Assembly: GCA_050633305.1 (NCBI GenBank) | Contig: JBOEGF010000008.1 | Location: 1-64,000 of the forward strand | Source: Nannocystales bacterium | Lineage (GTDB): Bacteria > Myxococcota_A > Polyangia > Nannocystales > Nannocystaceae | Direction of reading: 5' to 3' | DNA length: 64,000 bases | In this document: positions 29,201-39,197 of the stretch, piece after piece | Numbering within the stretch: position 1 is the stretch's first letter | Layout of the letters: the number at the start of each line of letters is the position of its first letter | The notes under the pieces: generated by a model | What the model was told of the DNA's origin: nothing | Database searches by the model: none | What the model saw: only the letters and a program-made list of their open reading frames with translations | Translations under genes and position numbers: made by a program

Positions 29201-29846
29201 CGCCCCGCCGACTCTCCACTCCCCGCCTCCGAGGTGCTGCCCGGCTCCAACGCGGCTCCACCCATGGTGCGCTGCCGACTCGCCGCCCACGGGCGCCGCA
29301 CTGAAACCCGAGGTTCGGACGATTGGCGGCCGAGAAGTCTCTGTGCCTCGCGGCCTCCGCCGATTCTCGGAGGCAGCCACACTCTGCGGAGAATTCCAGG
29401 TCGCGAACGCGACGGAACCGGACGCGCTCGCCTCCCGAGCTGACCTCCAGGACGTCCCGCACTGGACGCGCGCGGGGTTGCTCTGGCAGGCCGGCCAAGT
29501 CCACGGCAAGCCGGATTCCGCGCGCTCCACCGCACGTGTCGTCTGTGTCGACCCAGGGCGCTGAGTCCGCGCGACCTGACGAGTTCCTTGGTCGGCGTGG
29601 AACGTCGCTGGCTGCGACGCCCCAGACTCGCCGATGAGCCGAAGGATCTAGGCCGGGTCATCGGAGCAGAAGCCCCCGTCCGTGGGACGAAACCGGAAAC
29701 CCGGAGCCTTCCAGGAGCCCGGGACGGTTCAGCGAGCGCACCGAAGACCGAAGACGGGGCGCCATACGAGAACAACGCCCTCACGTACGAGGAAGTCCGG
29801 GTTCTGTTGCTGCGGCCGTTTATCATCCCTTCGCGCTCCACCTCCC

Positions 29847-32800
29847 ATGACCACGCTCGACGACCAGATCAAGACAACCCTCGCCGTGCTGGTCGTCGGA
29901 GCCTCTGTCACCACGCTCGTCAAGTCCATCCGCCGCGCCTTCACCCCCAAAGCCCTCCCCACCAACTCCACGCCCAATCCCAGGGTCCGAGCGGCGTGTG
30001 AGCGGATGGTCGAACGTGGCGAACTCATCCGGCGGGAGCGCGGCCACACCTACTACACGATCGATCCGACACGAGCGTTGGCGGTTCTCCGAACGCTCGA
30101 ACCTGCCGACCTCCACGCGATGGCCCGCGCGCTCGAGGAGCCCCGCGATCGCACGGTCGCTGGCGCGCCGACGTGGTGGGTCGATGCCCGTATCGCGGTG
30201 GCACTCGAGAAGCCGGCGCTGATTCGGCGTGCACGCACCCAAGGCTCTCGGTCGGAGTACGACATCGACCAAGAGGCCCTCGCGTGGATCAACATCGCGG
30301 GCGAGTCTCCGCCCCCCGGGCTCCTCGCGCACTTCTCGGATGCGCTGGCCAACGAATACTGCGCGCTGAGCTTCGAGTACGCGCGGGGCGAGTGGAACCC
30401 CGTGGCGCCGGAAGTGCTCGAACAACTCGTCGCCGGACCCGCAAAGACGCGCCGTGAGCTGGCGGGCTACCTCGCGCTTCGCGGAGACTTCGAGACCGCC
30501 CGCACGCTGGCAGGCTCGAGCAAGGAGACGCGCGCGGGGGTCGAGCTCATGGAGGCATTCTTCAGGGGCGCGCTGGACGAGGCCGCGGAGGTGGGGTTGC
30601 AGACCTGCGCGGCGCTCAAGCGAAAGAACAAGGTTCTCACCGGAGAGGCCGGTCTGCTGCATACGCTGGCGTGTATCGCGGTGTCGAGTACGGACCCCCG
30701 AGGCATGCCGCACGCGCAAGCGGCCGTGCTTGCGGGCGCGTCACGAAGCCGCTTCTACGAGAATTGCTACGTGGACTTGGTCCCGATCGTGGCGAAGGAA
30801 GACAGTCGTCGCGCCTACTTCGGCGAGCCCCCGGAGCCGCACGGCGGCATGGAAGTCTACGTCCGGACGCTGTCCGAGCTGTGGTCGCACGATACGGACA
30901 CGAACCCCGCGCTTCGACTCCCACCCACGTGGCCACACTGGCGAGCGCGCGCTGCCGATTCCCCCACGCTCGAGACGCTGATGAAGGAGTTGGAGCGTGC
31001 GTACGAGGGGCCGGAGGAGCCCCCGGGGCTGGCGGGAGCATTCGTGCCCCGGGCGGCGTGGGAGGTGGCCCTCGACGCCCTCGAGGTCTCGATCCGATCG
31101 CTGGGGAACACCGACGAAGCGAAGTCGAAGAAGGAATCGATCGTCTGGGTGATCACCGGGCATGGCGACAGCCTGCACGTCGGGTGCAAGCTGCGGGGGC
31201 CGCGATCCCGCAAGGGCCGAAACGTCTCACTCCTCACCCTGATCAAGAAGGCCAACGCAGACGAACTCCTCGTCACGCCGCAGGACCAAGTGATCGTCGA
31301 TGCGTGCGTGGTCGAACGCGACGAGTGGACCGGGCGGCGGGTCGGGCTGTTCACGACACGTGCGATCTGTGCCCTGGCCGAACACCCCCGCGTCGAGGAT
31401 GACAAAGGGCAGAGCCTCTCGGTTCGCCGCGAGCAGCCGCGGGTGGTCCTGGACACGACTGACTCGGGGGCGACGCTGTCGGTGTCTCCGCCGCAACTGT
31501 TCGCGAACTCGGTCGCGCTCGTTCGCGAAGGCGATACCGTGGGGATCTGCGAGCGGCCCGCGTCGTGGAAACCGTTGTTGGACGAGCTCCCCTCGGGCAC
31601 GCTCGAGGTACCCAAGGGCGGCGTTGCCCGACTGGAGCGGCTCGCAGCCGCGTTGGCGGAACAGGAGACGTTCACGGTGGAAGGCCTGTCCTTCGGGGAC
31701 CGAACGGTGGAAGCGGACCCCCGGGTCCTGGCCCGGCTCACATGGGATGGACGCACGCTTGCGGTGGAGCTCCGGAGCGCGCCGTTTGGTGCCGAGGGCC
31801 CGCACTATCCGGTCGGCGAAGGGGCGCACGACGCGGTTCGGCAGGGGCCGCAGGGGCTGGTCGGGGCAAGACGTCGTTTCGATGACGAGGTGCGGCGCGC
31901 TCGCGAGCTCCAGGCTGTGCTCCCGGGTGACTGGTCGGGGCAAACAGACCAGGAGATCGTCGACCTCGACGACGCGCTGGCGGTCGTGGAAACGCTCGAA
32001 GCACTCGGCGAGACGATCCAGCGAGCGTGGCCGGCCAAGCAACTGCGTGTCCGATCGGGCTCGAGCGGCACGGATACGCTGCAGGTCAAGGTCCGCAAGG
32101 CGGAGCAGTGGTTTGCCGCCGATCTCAGCCTCCGCGTCGACGATGTCCTGGTCCTCGGATACGCCCAGCTACTTCGAGGCCGCGAGGGAGGCCAGCGCTA
32201 CATCGAGCTGGGCAAGGATGAATACCTCGCGCTCACCCAGGAGATGACACGTCGCTTGGACGCGATGCAGGCGTTCGCTTCGGACCGCGACAACACCATC
32301 GTCATGCACCCGGCCGCGGCGGAGTCCCTTGGCTTGACACAGGACACCCCGGGCGTGGAGCTGGACAAGGCGGCAAACGCACGCCTGGCCTCAATCCGCA
32401 AAGCCCGAGCGCTACAGCCCAGGCTTCCGCGAACGTTTACCGGCACGCTGCGGGACTATCAGCGCGAGGGATTCCTCTGGCTGGCGCGACTGTGCGCGGC
32501 GGGACTGGGCGCATGCCTGGCCGACGACATGGGCCTGGGCAAGACGGTGCAGACGATCGCGCTGCTGTGCTTGCGAAAGAAGGAAGGCCCTGCGCTCGTC
32601 GTCTGCCCGACGTCGGTGGTCGCCAACTGGCAGGAGGAGTTCACCCGCTTTGCTCCGAAGCTGCGCGTGTCGACGCTGGGCACCACTGGCCGCCCCGAGA
32701 CGATCGAAGGCCTGACTCGCGGCGACGTCCTGCTGATCAGCTATGGCCTGCTGGTGCGAGAGCAGGAGGCGCTCAGCGGGGTGGAGTTTGGCACGGTGGT

Positions 32801-33812
32801 GTTCGACGAGGCGCATGCGCTCAAAACCCCCACATCCCAGCGGGCGAAGGCAGCATTTCGCCTCGATGCCAGGGCCCGGGTCACGCTCACCGGAACGCCT
32901 GTCGAAAACCACCTCGGCGAGCTGTGGTCGGTCATGAATGCGAGCGTTCCGGGGCTGTTGGGATCCAAGCATCGCTTCGACGAGCGCCTGGGCCGCCCCG
33001 TGCTTCGCCACCACGCCGGAGCCCTCGACCGACTTCGTGCGATCCTCGATCCGTTCGTCCTCCGACGTCGGCGCTCGGAGGTCCTCACCGAGCTGCCCGA
33101 ACTCACCGAAGTCACCGTTCGTGTGCCCCCCACCGACGCGCAAGCGGCCTACTACGAGGTCCTGCGGAAGCGCGCGATGGAGACGCTCGAGGAAGCACGC
33201 AAGGACCCCACCAAGGCGCGGATCCGAGTGCTCGCCGAGATCACGCGGCTGCGCCAGGCCGCGATCGATCCACGCCTGCTGGACGAAGACCTCGCGCCCG
33301 CGGGTTCCAAGCTCGATCAAGCCTGCGAACGCGTCGCGGCGCTGCATGCCGACGGCCACCGCTGCCTGGTGTTCACGCAGTTTCTCGGCTGTATCCGCAG
33401 ACTCGACGAGCGGCTCTCCGACCTCGGCTTGGAGGTGCTTACCCTCGACGGCTCAACCCCGGCCCCCATCCGCAAGGCCCGCATCGACGCCTTCCAGCGC
33501 GGCGAAGCGGACGCCTTCGTCATGAGCCTCAAGGCCGGCGGCGTCGGCATCAACCTCACCGCTGCCCAATACGTGATCCACATGGACCCCTGGTGGAACC
33601 CCGCCGTGGAAGAGCAGGCCACCGCCCGCAGCCACCGCATGGGTCAGCGCGACCCGGTCACGGTGTACCGGTTGATCACCGAGGGAAGCATCGAAGAACA
33701 GATCCTCGATCTGCACGAACGCAAACGGGGGCTGGCGCAGGATCTGTTGGGTGGGATGGCGAACGCGAAGGCCCTCGACCTCGAGGCGCTTCGAGGGCTG
33801 CTGGAGGCATGA
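29847..33812 (+). CDS. SNF2-family (DEAD/DEAH-box) helicase
   Basis: LRDYQREG, LADDMGLGKT, DEAH, LTGTPVENHLGELWS, SLKAGGVGINLTAA and DPWWNPAVEEQATARSHRMGQ. Confidence 0.92.
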   Translation: MTTLDDQIKTTLAVLVVGASVTTLVKSIRRAFTPKALPTNSTPNPRVRAACERMVERGELIRRERGHTYYTIDPTRALAVLRTLEPADLHAMARALEEPRDRTVAGAPTWWVDARIAVALEKPALIRRARTQGSRSEYDIDQEALAWINIAGESPPPGLLAHFSDALANEYCALSFEYARGEWNPVAPEVLEQLVAGPAKTRRELAGYLALRGDFETARTLAGSSKETRAGVELMEAFFRGALDEAAEVGLQTCAALKRKNKVLTGEAGLLHTLACIAVSSTDPRGMPHAQAAVLAGASRSRFYENCYVDLVPIVAKEDSRRAYFGEPPEPHGGMEVYVRTLSELWSHDTDTNPALRLPPTWPHWRARAADSPTLETLMKELERAYEGPEEPPGLAGAFVPRAAWEVALDALEVSIRSLGNTDEAKSKKESIVWVITGHGDSLHVGCKLRGPRSRKGRNVSLLTLIKKANADELLVTPQDQVIVDACVVERDEWTGRRVGLFTTRAICALAEHPRVEDDKGQSLSVRREQPRVVLDTTDSGATLSVSPPQLFANSVALVREGDTVGICERPASWKPLLDELPSGTLEVPKGGVARLERLAAALAEQETFTVEGLSFGDRTVEADPRVLARLTWDGRTLAVELRSAPFGAEGPHYPVGEGAHDAVRQGPQGLVGARRRFDDEVRRARELQAVLPGDWSGQTDQEIVDLDDALAVVETLEALGETIQRAWPAKQLRVRSGSSGTDTLQVKVRKAEQWFAADLSLRVDDVLVLGYAQLLRGREGGQRYIELGKDEYLALTQEMTRRLDAMQAFASDRDNTIVMHPAAAESLGLTQDTPGVELDKAANARLASIRKARALQPRLPRTFTGTLRDYQREGFLWLARLCAAGLGACLADDMGLGKTVQTIALLCLRKKEGPALVVCPTSVVANWQEEFTRFAPKLRVSTLGTTGRPETIEGLTRGDVLLISYGLLVREQEALSGVEFGTVVFDEAHALKTPTSQRAKAAFRLDARARVTLTGTPVENHLGELWSVMNASVPGLLGSKHRFDERLGRPVLRHHAGALDRLRAILDPFVLRRRRSEVLTELPELTEVTVRVPPTDAQAAYYEVLRKRAMETLEEARKDPTKARIRVLAEITRLRQAAIDPRLLDEDLAPAGSKLDQACERVAALHADGHRCLVFTQFLGCIRRLDERLSDLGLEVLTLDGSTPAPIRKARIDAFQRGEADAFVMSLKAGGVGINLTAAQYVIHMDPWWNPAVEEQATARSHRMGQRDPVTVYRLITEGSIEEQILDLHERKRGLAQDLLGGMANAKALDLEALRGLLEA

Positions 33813-33908
33813 AGACCTCTGGCCGCCCGAACAGTGCAGCAGCCCCGCCGCTCGACCGCTACGGATACGTCGACGTGACCGCGCTCCACGACGGGTCCAA
33901 CTCTTTCG

Positions 33909-35000
33909 TCACAATTCCAGCTCCCCAAGGCGTGGCTCGGCAGCCACAACATCCAACCGGCCCCCACAGCGGCAGCGTTCGGCGCGGCTCTCAGCCCCCC
34001 GCGTCCGCTTCACGGGTGCGAGGTCCACCAGCGACAACTGGGTCCCCTCGCCTCTGCACCGTGTGGACGACCCGGGCGTAAGGGCTCCGTAGAGCGCCAT
34101 CCGAGGAAGGCCCGAGCCCCGACGCATGACCTCCACCCGAGCCTCGAACGTGGACTTGGACAGCTGCACGGCCCGGGCGCCGTCGGACCCGGGATGGCCC
34201 AGGTTCAACTCGACGACATCGTGTGCAACTGCTCGCACCGAGTTGGGGTGCAGGGGCGCCCGCAGGACGTACGCGGTAAGGTTTTCGCTCGCTCGTCGGT
34301 CGTGAGCTTCGATGCGCTCCCCCACGAACACCTCCGCGCCCCGAGCCTGGGCCGTGACTCCGCGAGAGCTGGATGCGCTTCGTCCCCCGACGACCCGAAC
34401 GCCGGCCGCTGCGTGTGGACGAGGGTCCGGGACGGGGATCATTCGACGGGCCTCGCTGCGGACCGCCCGCGCCAGTTCGCGGAGCTCATCGACGCCGAAC
34501 GGTTTGCTCAGCGGGACGAAACGCGCGGGTCCGTGCGTGGCGGGGACGAACACGCCGTCGGTGGCGATGACGTGGATATGGGCCCGGGGGCGGAGGTCGG
34601 ATCCCACGGAGTGCAGGACAGCCATGGCACCTGCCCTGCCGAGCGCGTGCCCCAACTCATGGTTCGCCCGACCCTCGATCGCCGAGATCACGCGCTGCAC
34701 GACAGCGCGCCGAAATGCCCTCGCTCGACGGGGCTCATCCGGCAGCGACTGAGCCCACTGCAGGGGTGGCACCAGCACCCAGTGTCGGAGGGCGACAGGT
34801 GGCAATCGACGATGCGCAGCACTGACGCGCATCGTCCCCCAGGGACACTGCGCGCATGGCCGGGCGCAGGACACGGTCCGAGCTTGGGTCTCTGCGCACG
34901 ATCGACACCGGAGCCAGAGTTTCGCGGCGCACGGCGCCTGGGCGACCGACGGCTGGCTGGCAAACAGACGCAACTGATCCTCATTCTCGACCGGCATCAC
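33909..35000 (-). mobile_element. IS91/IS801-like (Y2 HUH) transposase-related ORF, diverged
   Basis: Cys-rich N-terminus (CRSC...SCARPCAQC), LRHWVLVPP, HUH motif AHIHVIATDGVF, AYVLRAP and a C-terminal CRCGGRLDVVA. No clear oriIS or terIS seen. Confidence 0.7.
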
Positions 35001-35162
35001 GGATCCGGTCGACCACGGGCGGCTGCCATTGCACGTGCCCGGTCACCAGACCCCCCAAAAAGCGAGAGAGCGGTCCGGCAAGCCCGCTCGCGCCGATGTC
35101 GTCACCACTCCCGGACAGGGAAGTGCGGCAATGCCAAGCAGCGTCCATCCTCGTAGAGAACG

Positions 35163-35444
35163 ATGGGCACTCTCGATCTCCTCGCCGGGTTCTTTCTGAT
35201 GAACGCGATGCCGCACTTCGTGCTCGGCATCTGGAAGGGGCGCATGTTGAGCCTGTTCGGGATGAGTCCGACGGCGAACATTGTCTATGGCCTGCTGAAC
35301 TTCGTGGCTTCGATCAGCCTGTTTTCCTGGGCCCACGGGCTCTCTGGCCTGGCCGATCACGGGTTGTACGTGGGCGCGCTGGCGGTCCTGTTGATCTACT
35401 TCGTCACCGGGCGCTTCTGGCAGCGGTTGTTTGCGAAGCCCTGA
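35163..35444 (+). CDS. Small membrane protein (3 TM)
   Basis: 93 aa, hydrophobic, with FFLMNAMPHFVLG and ANIVYG motifs. Confidence 0.75.
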   Translation: MGTLDLLAGFFLMNAMPHFVLGIWKGRMLSLFGMSPTANIVYGLLNFVASISLFSWAHGLSGLADHGLYVGALAVLLIYFVTGRFWQRLFAKP

Positions 35445-35523
35445 GCGGAGTTGGGGCACGGGGTCGACTCAACACCGGAAGAATGTCCGGGAACTTCCTG
35501 GTCTGCGGTATGTCTTTGCTGTC

Positions 35524-36972
35524 GTGCCCGAACGCCGCTCTGCGCCCGTGCTGCTCGCTTGCCTGCTCTGTGCCGCCTGCACGACGCCGGCTCCGCCATC
35601 TGACCCCCTTCACGGGCCCCAGGACACTCCTCCGACCACCCGAGTCCCGGACACGTCGCCACCCCCGGAGACCGACAGTGCGGCAGCGATGGCCATCGAC
35701 GATCTGGCCCAGGCAGGCGCAGAGCTTTGTGCGGCAGACTCGGATGCGCTCTCCGACGCCCGAGCCCAATACGAGGCCCTCGAACTGGCGGCGGAAGGGC
35801 TCGACCCCGCGACCCCCCCAACCGGGTTCGTGGGGCAGCTGCAGGCGCTGTATCAGCACGAGTGCCTCGCGGTCGCCCGAGGTGACCAACCCGGCCTTGC
35901 GTTCGAGCTCGCAACTGGGCTGGAGGCAGAGACCTACTGGGAGGCGGGGCTCGATTTGTGGTTCCGGAGCTATCTCGACTTCTCCGACGGAGCAGACAAC
36001 ACGGTCTGGCTACTCCCGAGTCAGCCCACGGTTGTGACGGCCCTGACCCGCCCGGGCGACCCACTCGCGCGGTGGATGTGCTCGACCAACCCGGACGAAG
36101 GTTGTGCGCGAGGGGTCGCGGCCTGGCGGTCGCGTGCGCAGCGAACGTTCGAACTCTTCAAGTACGGTGGCGGTCCGGACCTCGTCCACTGCGACCCGCC
36201 GGAAGACGAAGGCCTCGACGCAGAGGCCTACGCCCGCTGGCGCTCGTGCGAGGTTCGAGGACTTCGTCGGCACGCGTCGCTTCCACTCGGTGGCCTGGGT
36301 GCGATCGAGGACGGCTGGATGGTCGTGTACGGTCGGCGGGGCCACTACCAGTACTGCGATGAGGTGGCGGCACTGGACCTGGCATCCGGCGCGCACTACC
36401 GATTTGCGGATTGTGACCATCGCGCGGAGCTCGACGGTGTTGTGGGAGCCGCGGGCGGGATTCAGGTGGAGACGGGCGCGGTGGCGGTAGAGCTCCTGCA
36501 GGAGTTTGCCTGGATGGCGCTCTCGGTGCGCTACGTGGAGCGAAACGTGGTCACGGAACGCGCGTTGGGCCGGGACCTCCCCGAAGGGCTCCGGATGGCC
36601 CGACCCGTGACTCCTCTGTCGACGACGGGCTTTGGACTCGCGGGCAGCGGAGGCAGCGGACACACAACGCTCGGTTGGCTGTGGACACGAGGCGCGAACG
36701 CCTCCCCCGCCCACGGCGAGCTGTCCTGGCCCGACGGTCTCAGCGATCCGGCCGATGACCACGCGGTGCGTTTGCTGGATTTCGCGGAACAACGGAGCGC
36801 TCGGGGCTGCGCAGCAAAGAAGCTCCCGGGTTGGCTGGTCGAGAACCTCGCCGCGGACCGACGACCCAAGCACGACAGCGGACTGGTCGATCCACCGAGC
36901 GAAGCCCTTCTCGAGGCGATGCGGCGTCAGGCAAAACGAGGCCGATGCGCCAAGTCGAAGGGGCCGCGATGA
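35524..36972 (+). CDS. Hypothetical lipoprotein
   Basis: VLLACLLCAAC lipobox then a Pro/Thr linker. The stop overlaps the next start (ATGA). GTG start inferred. Confidence 0.7.
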   Translation: MPERRSAPVLLACLLCAACTTPAPPSDPLHGPQDTPPTTRVPDTSPPPETDSAAAMAIDDLAQAGAELCAADSDALSDARAQYEALELAAEGLDPATPPTGFVGQLQALYQHECLAVARGDQPGLAFELATGLEAETYWEAGLDLWFRSYLDFSDGADNTVWLLPSQPTVVTALTRPGDPLARWMCSTNPDEGCARGVAAWRSRAQRTFELFKYGGGPDLVHCDPPEDEGLDAEAYARWRSCEVRGLRRHASLPLGGLGAIEDGWMVVYGRRGHYQYCDEVAALDLASGAHYRFADCDHRAELDGVVGAAGGIQVETGAVAVELLQEFAWMALSVRYVERNVVTERALGRDLPEGLRMARPVTPLSTTGFGLAGSGGSGHTTLGWLWTRGANASPAHGELSWPDGLSDPADDHAVRLLDFAEQRSARGCAAKKLPGWLVENLAADRRPKHDSGLVDPPSEALLEAMRRQAKRGRCAKSKGPR

Positions 36973-37460
36973 GTGCTCTGCTGGCGGTCCGCGAGCTCAC
37001 CGACGCGGACCGGGAGCTCATCGCGACGTGGCGGTACAGCGGCGAGCTCGGCATCTATGACCCTGGCGCGGGCGCGCTCGAGCTCAAACCACCGCACCAC
37101 GTCGCGATCGTGACAGGGGATGGGATGCTGCTGGGATTCGGGACGATGGGCCCGGATGCTCAGGTCGCCGGGGGACGGTACGGGTCAGCGGAGTCGGTCC
37201 TCGACCTCGGTGTAGGGCTATGTCCCGCCCGGGTCGGCCAAGGGTACGGCCCGGCGGCCATCGAAGCTCTCATCGCGTACGCGAGGACGCAAAGCGCGGC
37301 GACCCGGCTGCGAGTCACGATCGCCGCGGTCAACAAGAGGGCCAGTGCTCTGGCGTACAAGCTCGGGTTTCGTCCATCGCATCGATTCACCCGCACCTCG
37401 GATGCTCGAGCGTTCGTGCAACACGAGCGGCCGGTCGGAACGGACCCAGGCTCGTCTTAG
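36969..37460 (+). CDS. GNAT family N-acetyltransferase
   Basis: LDLGVGLCPARVGQGYG (acetyl-CoA motif A) and VNKRASALAYKLGF. Confidence 0.85.
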   Translation: MSALLAVRELTDADRELIATWRYSGELGIYDPGAGALELKPPHHVAIVTGDGMLLGFGTMGPDAQVAGGRYGSAESVLDLGVGLCPARVGQGYGPAAIEALIAYARTQSAATRLRVTIAAVNKRASALAYKLGFRPSHRFTRTSDARAFVQHERPVGTDPGSS

Positions 37461-37513
37461 TCTCGTCGCGGCGGTCTGCAGACCGAGGCTTGCTGGTACG
37501 CTCGCTACGCACC

Positions 37514-39190
37514 ATGGGCGCCCAGACGACGACGGATACGCTGTACGACGTTGCGATCGTGGGTGGTGGTCTGGCGGGACTCACCCTCGCGATCCAGATC
37601 AGCCAACGCACATCGTCGCTGCGAATCCTGGTGTTGGAGCGCGCCACATTCCCGATGCCCAGCGCGGCGCACAAGGTCGGAGAATCCTCGGTGGAGGTGG
37701 GCTCGCACTACTACAACGAGGTCCTGGGCCTCTCGCGCGCGCTCACCCACGCGAAGATCCCAAAGCTGGGGCTGAGATACTTCTTTCCTGGCTCCGACAA
37801 CGCCCGCATCGAAACGCGACCCGAGCTCGGTCAGACCCACTACCACGCGGTCGGCAGCACGCAGTTCGACCGCGGCCGACAGGAGAACATCCTTCGCGTC
37901 GAGGCCCAGACCCTCGGTGTGGAGGTCCTCGACGGGGTTCGGGTGGACGACATCGAACTCTCCGAGGACGACGCTCCCCACCAGGTCGTTGCGGAGTCGA
38001 GTCGGTTCCGGGCGCGCTGGGTCGTCGATGCCACAGGACGACGAAGTCTCCTCAAGCGGAAGCTGGACCTCGCCGAGGGCAACGAGCACACCGCCAGCGC
38101 GGCGTGGTTTCGCCTGGGAGAGGCCCTCGCGGTCGACGATATGTCGGGCGACGAAGCGTGGCGGCGCCAGATGCCCTTCGGCATGCGGCGCTTGAGCACC
38201 AACCACTTCATGGGCGCCGGCTACTGGCTGTGGTGGATTCCACTCGCCGACGGTTCGCTCAGCATCGGGTTGGTTGCAGATCCAGAACACCACGCATTCG
38301 AGACCTACAACACGTGGCCTCGTATGCTTGCGTGGCTCGAACGCCACGAGCCTTCCACGGCCGCGATGCTTGCCCCGTACGAGGATGCTCGGCTCGACTT
38401 CCGCACCCAGAAACGGTTTTCGTACGGGGCCAAGCAAGTGTTCTCGAAACACCGATGGGCGCTCACAGGCGAGGCGGGGGTGTTCGTCGACCCCTTCTAC
38501 TCCCCCGGTTCCGACTTCATTGCGTTCAGCAACGACTTCATCACCGAGTTGGTCGAGCAGGAGAGCAACGGTGCGTCGATCGACGCGATGGCAGCGGGCT
38601 TCAACCGTCAGTATCTCTCGCTGTACAAGTCGTTCCTCGCGCTCTACGAGGGTCAGTACACGGTCTTCGGGAACGCTCAAGTCGCGAGTCTGAAGATCGT
38701 CTACGACTACTCCGCATACTGGGCCTCGACCGCGCTGTTGTTCTTTCAGCGCAAGCTGACGGACCCAACCTTTCTGCGGAAGGTCACCATCGACATGGTC
38801 CAGGTCGCCCGGTTGGCAAAGGCCGCGCAGGCCTTCTTTCGCGCATGGAGTCTCCGGGACGAGGGCACCGCGAGTGCGGACGGGATGCTCAACTACCAAG
38901 CCCTCGGGTACCTCTCGCAATGGCAGGCGGACCTGCGCAGGCCCTATTCCGAAGAGCAACTCGCCGTCGCGCTCCGGGAGAACCGCCGGGTCCTGGAGCT
39001 CATCCACATCTGGCTGTACCAGCGCGCGACCGGGCTCGACACGGAGATCAACCCTTACAAGCTGGGGCTCGACGACGACGACCCAGTCGTTCCGACCGCT
39101 CGCCTGGACATGTTGGACGCCCTCGACATGTTCATCACCGCCCGCACCGAGGTGTCCGACGGCATCTGGCGGGTGCGGCCTTCGACGTAG
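37514..39190 (+). CDS. Flavin-dependent halogenase-like oxidoreductase
   Basis: DVAIVGGGLAG, KVGES, PKLGLRYFF (candidate catalytic Lys), VVDATGR, WLWWIPL (WxWxIP) and GEAGVFVDPFYSPG. Confidence 0.85.
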   Translation: MGAQTTTDTLYDVAIVGGGLAGLTLAIQISQRTSSLRILVLERATFPMPSAAHKVGESSVEVGSHYYNEVLGLSRALTHAKIPKLGLRYFFPGSDNARIETRPELGQTHYHAVGSTQFDRGRQENILRVEAQTLGVEVLDGVRVDDIELSEDDAPHQVVAESSRFRARWVVDATGRRSLLKRKLDLAEGNEHTASAAWFRLGEALAVDDMSGDEAWRRQMPFGMRRLSTNHFMGAGYWLWWIPLADGSLSIGLVADPEHHAFETYNTWPRMLAWLERHEPSTAAMLAPYEDARLDFRTQKRFSYGAKQVFSKHRWALTGEAGVFVDPFYSPGSDFIAFSNDFITELVEQESNGASIDAMAAGFNRQYLSLYKSFLALYEGQYTVFGNAQVASLKIVYDYSAYWASTALLFFQRKLTDPTFLRKVTIDMVQVARLAKAAQAFFRAWSLRDEGTASADGMLNYQALGYLSQWQADLRRPYSEEQLAVALRENRRVLELIHIWLYQRATGLDTEINPYKLGLDDDDPVVPTARLDMLDALDMFITARTEVSDGIWRVRPST

Positions 39191-39197
39191 CGCGAAC

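Noticed and set aside
29380..29564. Protein-like tail ending ...ARVVCVDPGR*
   Set aside because: No credible start and no recognisable family. At most a gene relic.
29631..29700. Hammerhead ribozyme or c-di-GMP riboswitch
   Set aside because: The core reads CCGATGA rather than CTGATGA and pairs with TCATCGG. The required conserved elements are not correctly arranged.
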